Part shown: piece by piece, positions 30,226 through 38,488 of the stretch | Position numbering within the stretch: the stretch's first letter is position 1 | How the letters are laid out: every line of letters starts with the position of its first letter | Assembly (NCBI GenBank): GCA_964410945.1 | Contig: CAYPJE010000003.1 | Location: forward strand, 3,398 to 67,397 | Origin: an uncultured bacterium | GTDB taxonomy: Bacteria; Fidelibacterota; Marinisomatia; Marinisomatales; TCS56 | Direction of reading: 5' to 3' | Length of the DNA: 64,000 bases | Made by a program: the position numbers and the translations under genes | Notes under the pieces: generated by a model | The model's input: the letters and a program-made list of their open reading frames with translations, nothing else | Database searches by the model: none | Told to the model about the DNA's origin: nothing

Positions 30226-30849
30226 TTAACTAATCAAATTCAGGCCTTCTGTTGCTGATTCATCACCGGGATTATATAATTTCACTTTTTGAAACAATAC
30301 TTTTGCCCTGATATAATTACCCTGAAAATAATTTGTCCATGCCAACATTAGCAGTCCATCATATCCGAACGGATAGAGATCGACAACTTTCTTAAATAGC
30401 GAATAGGCGCTGTTATAATCTTTTCGATCATAGTAAATCACTCCAAGCCGGTACATGACGGTTGTATTCTTCGGATTTATTTCCAAAATCTTTAGATATA
30501 AATCAATGACCTCATCCCATTCACCAAGTGCTGATTTGGGAAGAATTAAACCTAGCCTTCCTTCTTCCGAATATGGTAACAGTCTGTGTGCAATGGAATA
30601 ATACTTTACGGATTCCTTAAATAAACCAGCATTATAATTAAGCCATCCTAACCGCAAGTTGATTTCATAGGAATCCTCGTCATAGACTTCTTTAAGAACT
30701 CCTATTGAACCAGAATAATCCCCTTCTTTTTCCATTCGATAGCTATTTGAGAATGCTGATTCCAATGCTTCCTGGCTGTGTTGCGCATTGGCTGTTACGA
30801 CCACAAATAAGACTATAAAAATACTTATTATTCTTTTCAAAAATTCCAT
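30226..30849 (-). CDS. secreted tetratricopeptide-repeat protein
   Basis: Signal peptide IFIVLFVVVTANA. Repeated TPR-like units (YNSAYSLFKKVVDLYP, GNYIRAKVLFQKVKLYNP). Confidence 0.7.
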   Translation of the reverse strand: MEFLKRIISIFIVLFVVVTANAQHSQEALESAFSNSYRMEKEGDYSGSIGVLKEVYDEDSYEINLRLGWLNYNAGLFKESVKYYSIAHRLLPYSEEGRLGLILPKSALGEWDEVIDLYLKILEINPKNTTVMYRLGVIYYDRKDYNSAYSLFKKVVDLYPFGYDGLLMLAWTNYFQGNYIRAKVLFQKVKLYNPGDESATEGLNLIS

Positions 30850-32174
30850 GATAAACCAACGGTTAATGTCTGTTTAATGTAATCATAATTTATTGAATTA
30901 ATTTCTGTGTCATCATCGGTATAGGTCCGGTAGGTTTCTACAATATCCTGGTTAATATAACGAAATACTAAGTACATCTGTTCTCCCAGGGGGAAATACA
31001 GGCTCCCGATGAATTTCTGATTTGATTTCCCGGGAAAATTTGAAACCACAAAGCCGGCCGGTTCAATGAAATTTTCCATTTTTCCATTTAGGTACTGACT
31101 GTAAACATGGAGCTTTCCAAGTTGCAGCCCTCCTGATATACCTAAAGTATTTATCGCCAGATCACCGGTGGAAGTTGTCTTGAAGTAGATTCGAGGTGTA
31201 AAATATAGATTCGTATTAGAGAGGGGGTAATAAGTCAGCCAAGTAGATACTTGTATAAAATCAGTATCATATATATTAGCATAATTAACTTCCATGCCTG
31301 GCGACAAATTTCTCCAATGAAACCAAATCGATCCGGATAGCACACAATCGGTATAACTGTCGGTTATTTCACTATAATAGATGGTTGAATCCGATAAATA
31401 GATTCCATACAGATAGGTAATGTCACCTAGGATGAAATTAGCTGAAGAAGCAGCATTCAACCGTTTGCCCAGACTTAATTGCGGATTTACATAGTATTGG
31501 AACTGCGTGGTTTGAGAAGAATAAGTCTTTTGATCTCCGCGGTTAATCTGCTGCTGGCGATTGACACCAATCAATGTCAGATTATGATTAACGGAAAGGT
31601 TTGGCGATACACGATGACTCAGATCACAAGATTCGAAATGGTAATCTTTGAGAATGAAAGCCTGGCCATATTCATTTTCATTCAGCACAAGCTCATCGCC
31701 AATATTGCTGGCCGCCAGATTATCAAAGTCCGGATTCAGGCCATACCCGCCTTCGACAGCCAGCCTGGTCAACTCAGGAATATCGTAGCCAATCTTTTCC
31801 TGGAAACCAAGTGAAAAATCAACTGCCACCTCGGATGCTTTACCCGGTCTCCCCCCCCACAATAAACTGTAATACAGATACTCCTGTAGCCATTCAAAAG
31901 ACTTGTCCCTTTCCCAGGCTTTCAGGAGATATTCCGCCGCAATCCGATACTTCTTCAGCTTATAATAGGCAATACCGGTCCTGGCCTGCAAATAGAAAAA
32001 GTCGATTCCCTGACTTTGGGCCGCAATTGACAGTTGAATCAGTTCATCCCATTTCTTCTGGAAAAACAGTTCATATGATTTTTTGTCAACTTCGACTGTG
32101 CTTAACCTCGTCTGTGACGAAACCATTCCGACCACCATCAGCAGGAAAGCTATTAACCACCATCGTTTGTACAC
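30837..32174 (-). CDS. secreted protein with TPR-like N-terminus and putative outer-membrane beta-barrel C-terminus
   Basis: Signal peptide. N-terminal helical repeats (YRIAAEYLLKAWERD). C-terminal 300 aa rich in alternating aromatic/polar strands, ending LTVGLSWNF (aromatic terminal residue, OMP-like). Confidence 0.5.
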   Translation of the reverse strand: MYKRWWLIAFLLMVVGMVSSQTRLSTVEVDKKSYELFFQKKWDELIQLSIAAQSQGIDFFYLQARTGIAYYKLKKYRIAAEYLLKAWERDKSFEWLQEYLYYSLLWGGRPGKASEVAVDFSLGFQEKIGYDIPELTRLAVEGGYGLNPDFDNLAASNIGDELVLNENEYGQAFILKDYHFESCDLSHRVSPNLSVNHNLTLIGVNRQQQINRGDQKTYSSQTTQFQYYVNPQLSLGKRLNAASSANFILGDITYLYGIYLSDSTIYYSEITDSYTDCVLSGSIWFHWRNLSPGMEVNYANIYDTDFIQVSTWLTYYPLSNTNLYFTPRIYFKTTSTGDLAINTLGISGGLQLGKLHVYSQYLNGKMENFIEPAGFVVSNFPGKSNQKFIGSLYFPLGEQMYLVFRYINQDIVETYRTYTDDDTEINSINYDYIKQTLTVGLSWNF

Positions 32175-34378
32175 TTTATTCCGATCCTTGTATTATCAAA
32201 TTTCACTGAAATAGTGAAAACACCATCCGGACTGATATCTATCTTGATTTTATAGTCTTTTACCGTTCTCCCCAGGATTTTCTTAAGAATGATTACATCC
32301 ATTTCAATATTGTCCGAGGCTAGGATATCACCTGCTTCCCTGAATATCAGTCTATACTCTGCTCTTAGAAACAAAATCAGTGGCGCAATAAAGTCTTGCA
32401 AAATCTTAATCATACCCCCGAACATCATATTCACCGGAATATGATCCTTGATTTGACTATTGGGCAGATAGCCCAAGGGAATCTTAAACAACGACACAAA
32501 AAACCAGTAAAGAATTGTATATTTGTCCCCAATGAAATTGGTAAAATAATGTAGGTCGTTATTATTATATAGATAACCCACACCACTTTCCGATTCTGAG
32601 CGAATATAGGTATTGTTATAGGGATCGGTTTCAACGGTCCACAGATAATCACCGGAAAGTTTATTCCATCGATGTTTATCGGAATTCACTTCCGCCTGAA
32701 CTCGCAACCGTTGCCCGGGAATAAAATGTAAAACCCGGGTAATGATTTCATTCTTTACCGGGTTGGCCACTGCTTCACCTTTTTGGGGATTCCGGAAGGC
32801 CTTTAATTGAAACCCATGCTTTGCTTTAAGTAAGAACTGTCCGAAGGGATAGTCAATTGTGGGCGATCCAATATATGGTGTGGCCTGAAATTGAAAATGG
32901 AGGTGGGGATAGGGCGACCGGCCAGAATTTCCACAGCGTCCCAGAAGCTGGCCCTGTTGCACCTTATCACCAACCTCGACCACCAGGGATTTGCATTTTA
33001 AGTGACAGAGCTTTGAATACAGACTATCGGAATGTTTGATGATAATTGTGTTCCCCCAGTTATTCCTTGTGTTTATATCACCAATCGTATTATCATGAAT
33101 ATTACTTACAGTTTCAACGATGGTACCGTCAGCGGGTGCGACAACGGCTTTACCATAACAGAAATAATCCTCGGCGAAATTTCCATGGTCCCTATATTCT
33201 TTCCCGTTACTATCGGAAATAATAAAATCCCAGGCATGGCGCCATTCCCCTTGATGGGTATATTCGCCTTCATGAGCCTGGCTGATAGTCCATTCGCCAA
33301 AGAAAGGGAGCGAAAACGAAATCGGGTAGGCAGCTGGAAAACGTTTGGTATTACCGGCATAAAGATAAAAATTCTTCTCGGGCTTGCCTACCTGCACTGG
33401 TGTTTCAACCAAATAGTTGGATTTGTTGTCCCGTAGTTTCAAGGCATATAAAAACATTAAGACAACCATATTAAAAGGCAGGGAATACGGAGAAAGTTTA
33501 AAGAACAGAAGCAACGTCTGTGAACCAATGGTTACCAGGACCACAATGGGTAGCAGTAACGCTATCCACCCGAAACTTACACGATTAGGTACCAGGAAAT
33601 ATCCACCCAAGGCAATGGCTGTTAATATGTAATTAAAACCAATAAACGTATAGCTCAGCGAATTAAACTCGATGCCAACGATAATGTAGAACAAATAGGC
33701 AATTGAATATCCAAATATGGAAAGTACAAACGTGATTCGGGAATAAATAAGTAATCCGATGGCAATTATTATCCCGGCCAGTAACTGAAACTGGAAAAAA
33801 ATGGCACCCAGCGAATAAAAGTAAATACCAAAAAAAGATGACCCGATTGATTTTTCTAGCCATTCATAGACATTAACAAAAAGAGGTCCGCCCAGGGCAT
33901 ATAGTTCGTTATAAAAGTAAATACCGCGCTCGCTGATGTGGAGTAGTGTTAAACTGCTCCCGGATAAGACCGCAATCCAGATGGTTAATAAAAAAGGAAC
34001 GCTAAGAAAAGGTAAGCCGTATTTGCCTAGCAAACCCTGAAAAACAATAGTAAGAAAGAAGCAGATCACAGCTGTAATGGCAATATACAGGTAGAGTGGC
34101 AGGGAAGGCTGGTACAATAGACCAATCCCCAATCCGGTTAACAGTGCATTGAAACCATAGACTCCTGATGTGATCAAATATTTATTATACCCCAGCAACC
34201 AGGCCAATAAATTGGCTATCAACACTGAAAGTAAGCCACCTATCCCAGCCCCATAATCGAAAAAACTTATTCCCATTAATAAAAGGGCCAGCAATTTCGA
34301 AGTGGAAAAAAATACCTGCGAATAACTGTTCAGGATAGAGTAAATGAAATTGTTTATCTTACTGTGGCAGTTTCTCAT
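32153..34378 (-). CDS. urea-transporter-like membrane domain fused to M23 metallopeptidase domain
   Basis: N-terminal about 330 aa is polytopic, with SYSQVFF and GVYGFNALLTGLGIG motifs resembling the UT family. The C-terminal half has the M23 motifs HAWDF (HxxxD) and SPYPHLHFQ (HxH). Confidence 0.7.
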   Translation of the reverse strand: MRNCHSKINNFIYSILNSYSQVFFSTSKLLALLLMGISFFDYGAGIGGLLSVLIANLLAWLLGYNKYLITSGVYGFNALLTGLGIGLLYQPSLPLYLYIAITAVICFFLTIVFQGLLGKYGLPFLSVPFLLTIWIAVLSGSSLTLLHISERGIYFYNELYALGGPLFVNVYEWLEKSIGSSFFGIYFYSLGAIFFQFQLLAGIIIAIGLLIYSRITFVLSIFGYSIAYLFYIIVGIEFNSLSYTFIGFNYILTAIALGGYFLVPNRVSFGWIALLLPIVVLVTIGSQTLLLFFKLSPYSLPFNMVVLMFLYALKLRDNKSNYLVETPVQVGKPEKNFYLYAGNTKRFPAAYPISFSLPFFGEWTISQAHEGEYTHQGEWRHAWDFIISDSNGKEYRDHGNFAEDYFCYGKAVVAPADGTIVETVSNIHDNTIGDINTRNNWGNTIIIKHSDSLYSKLCHLKCKSLVVEVGDKVQQGQLLGRCGNSGRSPYPHLHFQFQATPYIGSPTIDYPFGQFLLKAKHGFQLKAFRNPQKGEAVANPVKNEIITRVLHFIPGQRLRVQAEVNSDKHRWNKLSGDYLWTVETDPYNNTYIRSESESGVGYLYNNNDLHYFTNFIGDKYTILYWFFVSLFKIPLGYLPNSQIKDHIPVNMMFGGMIKILQDFIAPLILFLRAEYRLIFREAGDILASDNIEMDVIILKKILGRTVKDYKIKIDISPDGVFTISVKFDNTRIGIKCTNDGG

Positions 34379-34387
34379 ACCGGCGGG

Positions 34388-35734
34388 TTATTTTTTGGGA
34401 TTGTATTCACCTTCCGTTATCGATTCCAATTTTTCCCTATGCCTGATAATATGAGTTTCCCCACTCAAGTCTATTAGTACCACATTGGGCCGGAAAGTAA
34501 TAAACTGCATCCATTGGGTTACATTATATGCTCCGACCCGTTCAATGACCAATTGATCGCCGACATTGACCAATGGGAAATTAATTGAATCACGAATCAC
34601 ATCAATATTCATGCATAAAGGACCATACACAGTTGTTTCCTCCTCATATTTAGAAACATTGGTCGTAGGACAGACCGACATGTTGTACCAGAACGAGGTA
34701 AAGAGAATATTAACGCCAGCGTCAATTACCATTAAACGTTTTCCAGTACTCGAACGTTTATTGGCCAGTACTGTGGTCAGTATATACCCGGCGTCATCGA
34801 TTAATGCCCGTCCGGTTTCCAGAAACAGGACCGGCAATTTTTCATGAGGTATTTCGGAAGCAATTATCCCATTGGTAATTGCTTCTGCATATGCATCAAA
34901 TGAAGGGCAGGTTTCAGAACCGGGCATGTAGGCACCTTTTAAGGTGCTTTTGGACGCAAAACCACCACCCAGATCCAGGTACTTTATCCAATGATCAAAT
35001 TTCCGGTAGGTTGCCATAATCAGGTGTGATAGCTTTTGTGCTGCTATCGCATAGGCAGACGTTGACAGAATATAGGTTCCGATATGCGTATGCAGGCCGA
35101 TCAGGTCAAGTTCATCAGCTAGCATTATACGGTTGATAGCATTCCAAGCTTCACCATTCTCATAATTGAAACCAAACCGATCCCACTTAGGAGAAATGCC
35201 TGTGTCCATATTGATACGGATGGCAACCCGCGCTTTTTTTCCACAATTTCGGGCAGTATCAATTAATAAATATAATTCATCAAAATGGTCAATGTGAACA
35301 CAGGCATTGTTGTTTAGCGCCATAACTATATCTTCGCCGGTCTTATTAGGCCCGTTAAAAAGGATTTTCGAACCGCACACACCCAGTCTCAGCGCTTTTT
35401 CAAATTCATATCTGGAAACAACTTCAGCCCAGGAACCCTCTTCATGATAGATACTGCAAACGGCATCCAGGTAATTTGTTTTATATGACCAGGCAAACTG
35501 GACCTTGGGATATCTGGTTTCAAAGGCCCTTTTGGCATCATTAAATGTTTCCCGGATAGTTTTCTCGGAAAATACAAAGACTGGAGATCCATATTTTTCG
35601 ATTAGGCTTGAGACAGGTATGCCATCAACATCAGCAATTATCTTTTGACGCGCCCCAAACCCAACCTTGTCCGGTACACCAGCGGTTATTTTACTGATGA
35701 CAGGTTTTTCATATACTAATTTCTCCATGGTCAT
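34388..35734 (-). CDS. PLP-dependent decarboxylase, Orn/DAP/Arg decarboxylase family (fold type III)
   Basis: FAWSYKTNY (PLP lysine region), HIGT, LDLGGGF, ETGRALI and a C-terminal beta-barrel region GAY, as in LysA/SpeA-type enzymes. Confidence 0.8.
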   Translation of the reverse strand: MTMEKLVYEKPVISKITAGVPDKVGFGARQKIIADVDGIPVSSLIEKYGSPVFVFSEKTIRETFNDAKRAFETRYPKVQFAWSYKTNYLDAVCSIYHEEGSWAEVVSRYEFEKALRLGVCGSKILFNGPNKTGEDIVMALNNNACVHIDHFDELYLLIDTARNCGKKARVAIRINMDTGISPKWDRFGFNYENGEAWNAINRIMLADELDLIGLHTHIGTYILSTSAYAIAAQKLSHLIMATYRKFDHWIKYLDLGGGFASKSTLKGAYMPGSETCPSFDAYAEAITNGIIASEIPHEKLPVLFLETGRALIDDAGYILTTVLANKRSSTGKRLMVIDAGVNILFTSFWYNMSVCPTTNVSKYEEETTVYGPLCMNIDVIRDSINFPLVNVGDQLVIERVGAYNVTQWMQFITFRPNVVLIDLSGETHIIRHREKLESITEGEYNPKK

Positions 35735-36795
35735 ATTTCCTTATTCATCGAAATAGCAGCAAATTTTTCAACATCAACAATCATGTCATAGGAATAGCGT
35801 ATAAACATTTTTCCTTTCTTGTATTCATGCATCGGATTAACCTTCCAGCCTAATGCCAGTTTTACCAATGCCTCCGGAATATTCTGTCCCGCTCCAACAG
35901 CCAGATACACCCAGGCCGGAATCCGCGGATTTATTTCAATCAGGTAATAATCATCTGATTGTGTTTTGATTAATTCCAGTTCCACCCCTCCCTTCCATCT
36001 TGTCTGTCTTATGATTGATTTTGTCAACGCTATCATTTTTTCATCAGACAAAGTAATCCCGCTCCAGGCCTTACCCAGCTCGGTAATATATTGCTTTCGC
36101 ATAGGTACGGCCGCAATGGTGTTCCCATCACCATCACCAAGGGCAACCACATTCACTTCCGTCCCTTCAATAAAATCCTGCACAATGACCGGTAATCCCC
36201 ATTTACCGGAAATTTTATCAAAGGCCTGCTTGGCCTGTTCCTCATTTTTTACCTTGCAGGCATCATAGAATTTTCCTTTAAGCATCACCGGATAATCAAA
36301 GATTTCTTCTATGTCCGAAATCTTGTCTTTGCTGGCCAATTCCATAATCTCTGGAGTCATGATATTATATTTTTTCCCAAAATCAGATAGTTTATCCTTC
36401 TGTCTTTCCTCAAATTGATTTAAGGTTGGCAAAAACGTATTTATCCCCTGATTTGCCAATCGTTTTTCATTAATGATAAATGAAAATAGTTCGGCGTCAA
36501 AATTGGGTATAAGCACATCTATGTTTTCCTGTTGGTGGATATATTCGATACGTTCCACCAATTCATCTGAACCTGAACTCGGGTATGGTATCTTAAAAAT
36601 CCTGTCACATAAGTTTACCATGTAAATCCCCGGCTCCATGTTCTCGTAAACCAGGCCAATTATCCTGGTCTCAAAATCACACGATTCCTTGATACCACGA
36701 ATTACCGGAATACCGGGGCCGGGATTATCCGTATTGTTCAACCCGGTTACCGCTATTGTTATCTTCTGCTTATTATCTGAATTCAAGTTGCCCAT
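35731..36795 (-). CDS. ATP-grasp family ligase
   Basis: FDYPVMLKGKF, VIVQDFIEGTEVNV and YLIEINPRIPA motifs characteristic of the ATP-grasp fold. ATGA overlap with the decarboxylase gene. Confidence 0.8.
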   Translation of the reverse strand: MGNLNSDNKQKITIAVTGLNNTDNPGPGIPVIRGIKESCDFETRIIGLVYENMEPGIYMVNLCDRIFKIPYPSSGSDELVERIEYIHQQENIDVLIPNFDAELFSFIINEKRLANQGINTFLPTLNQFEERQKDKLSDFGKKYNIMTPEIMELASKDKISDIEEIFDYPVMLKGKFYDACKVKNEEQAKQAFDKISGKWGLPVIVQDFIEGTEVNVVALGDGDGNTIAAVPMRKQYITELGKAWSGITLSDEKMIALTKSIIRQTRWKGGVELELIKTQSDDYYLIEINPRIPAWVYLAVGAGQNIPEALVKLALGWKVNPMHEYKKGKMFIRYSYDMIVDVEKFAAISMNKEI

Positions 36796-37036
36796 CCTGT
36801 ACGATTATCTGGTAATACTTCAACAATGTCACAAATTCGTAGAAATCTTTTTCAAAGATCAGGTCGTCAATATTATACCGGGATAGGAAATCCTGTTTGA
36901 TTTCGTCCGGTTTTTGACCCAGATTGATCATTTTCACCAATTCCAGGGCCACCGGATTCAAATTAAAGGAATCCCCAGTCTTTGAATTGAACAGGAAACC
37001 GTTTTCGCTGATATTCACTTCGTTTGATATTTTCAT
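36773..37036 (-). CDS. PqqD-family (RiPP recognition element-like) small protein
   Basis: 87 aa. The pattern ...FLFNSKTGDSFNLNPVALELVKMINLGQKPDEIKQDFLSRYNID...DFYEFVTLL resembles PqqD-like peptide chaperones. Overlaps the ATP-grasp gene by 23 nt. Confidence 0.6.
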   Translation of the reverse strand: MKISNEVNISENGFLFNSKTGDSFNLNPVALELVKMINLGQKPDEIKQDFLSRYNIDDLIFEKDFYEFVTLLKYYQIIVQDGQLEFR

Positions 37037-37274
37037 CTCCTTGATAATCCTACATTATTTATTCACATTATTCGCATTTATAATCTTGAGGAATTCGGTT
37101 CCTTCTATGAAGTTTGACAAACAAATCGGTAAAATATTCCAATTTATCATTCTTGCGTTCTCATACAATAAATCGTTTGTCAAAACCAGTTGCCAGATTC
37201 AATTAATCCATTGATTCATTTCAGAAATATGGAGTTGTGCTTAAGCTGGACATCATCTGGAACGAATATACCCA

Positions 37275-38029
37275 CTACATGCAGTTTCCATTATTGGTAA
37301 TATCATTTTCATATTCAATCACAAAGGCATAAAAAGTGGCCTTTTTCCCTCCCCGCAGATCACCGAAGCGGACTGGAAAATCGGCCCAAGTGGAAACGCG
37401 GGCAGATATTTCACCATAGCACATAACATCCTGATTTCCGTCGGTTGCATTGTTGGGCTGGTCATTGTTTCTGGGATCGGCATTGTAAACACCATCATCC
37501 AAATTTTTACACCAGTTGGTATAGTCCATACTGTTTCCGCTCAGCCAACGCCAACCTTCGGCCGGTGTGGATTCCCGGGAATTATCATACTCCTGAAAAC
37601 CGCCTATCGGAGGGCCATTGGTGACACCAGTCTCTGGCCAGACATACCAGTAGTCAGCATGATCAACCAGTGAAAATACAAATTCATTCTCATCCTGTGT
37701 TTCAGGGCAAACCAGATAACCACCGCTGATTTGAGCCAGAGAAGCCGCACATAGCCATTCCACACCCCCATTTGGAATTTCGATCAACTCATAATAGTGC
37801 GTGTCTCCATTTTCATTGGTAAAGCAGACCGCCTTTTTCTGATGTAGCTGCCGATTTCGTCCCAACCTCGGTATACATTCTCAAAACTTGATTTGGGATA
37901 AAAATCAGTAATATCCAGAGATGAACTTACTTGCGTAATAAGATCCTTTTTTACTTCCCTGTAGAAATAATCACCAGGCTCAGTGCAGAAAACATAAGCA
38001 GTATTCTTTTCATCACTCAATTCCTTCAA
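37275..38029 (-). pseudogene. C-type-lectin-like domain gene, apparently frameshifted and lacking an ATG start
   Basis: ORFs 37784..38029 and 37275..37865 both start at TTG and overlap in different frames. One extra A in the A5 run (plus-strand T5 at 37834..37838) would fuse them. CTLD motifs WRWLSGNSMDYTNW and DVMCYGE...WADFPV. Confidence 0.45.
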
Positions 38030-38488
38030 CTGAGGAGTTTATCCTCGCTCTATACCTTAGACGTCATTTCAAGGAAAAACCTGTACATAATTGATACAGA
38101 GGTATATAACCAAAAAAGCATACTGTGGTGCAACGACCGGCCTAGCAGTCCAGCCTGGCTGTGAAATAACCAGCAAAAATGAGGTGTAATACTATCCCAG
38201 CTAATATGCTTCCAGGGGATCTCTATCCACCTGGCATTGAAAGAACTTCAATCAACCCGCTAAAAATCTGCTAATCCTATCTATTTTTACCTATATCAGT
38301 CATAGCATCTATAGAAATCGTAACTAAACTGAGGGATAATAATTGATGGGGAGTGTTATATCAATACATCAAATAAAATCTCTAATACAAAAAATTACTG
38401 ATACCCGTATAGCACAATTCCATCGCCTATACTTTACCCCTACGATGGAAATAGCAGAGGCCGATTAATAATTACTCAGATGAAATTC

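Larger units (their letters stand above)
30174..38488. mobile_element. AT-rich insertion bounded by 118-bp direct repeats (no recombinase gene detected)
   Basis: Flanked by the two repeat copies. Visibly more AT-rich than the flanks. Its gene content is unrelated to the flanking TCA-cycle genes. Confidence 0.5.

Noticed and set aside
30034-30258. Track ORF of 74 aa (plus strand) and its twin at 38509..38748.
   Set aside because: Both are generated by the 118-bp direct repeat, read antisense to the fumarate hydratase 3' end. They share the SLPENYIPINSL... translation only because of the repeat.
36924-37214. 96-aa plus-strand ORF spanning the PqqD start and the upstream gap.
   Set aside because: It is antisense to a well-supported operon. 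The translation is a low-complexity Phe/Ile/Leu-rich product typical of AT-rich DNA, and there is no SD.
37834-37838. Programmed -1 ribosomal frameshift at the A-run joining the two lectin-like ORFs.
   Set aside because: There are only five A residues (AGAAAAAGG), not an A-AAA-AAG-type heptamer. No downstream stimulatory structure was noticed. Both ORFs lack ATG starts, so decay or a homopolymer error is more likely.
37275-37865. The C-type-lectin-like C-terminus as the variable protein of a diversity-generating retroelement.
   Set aside because: No reverse transcriptase gene and no template-repeat copy of the 3' region is visible anywhere in the window.
30174-38488. Integrase, transposase or excisionase that would explain the repeat-flanked insertion.
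   Set aside because: None of the ORFs or the non-coding 38030..38488 stretch translates into anything resembling a recombinase. The 39-codon ORF at about 38346..38465 has no recognisable motif.
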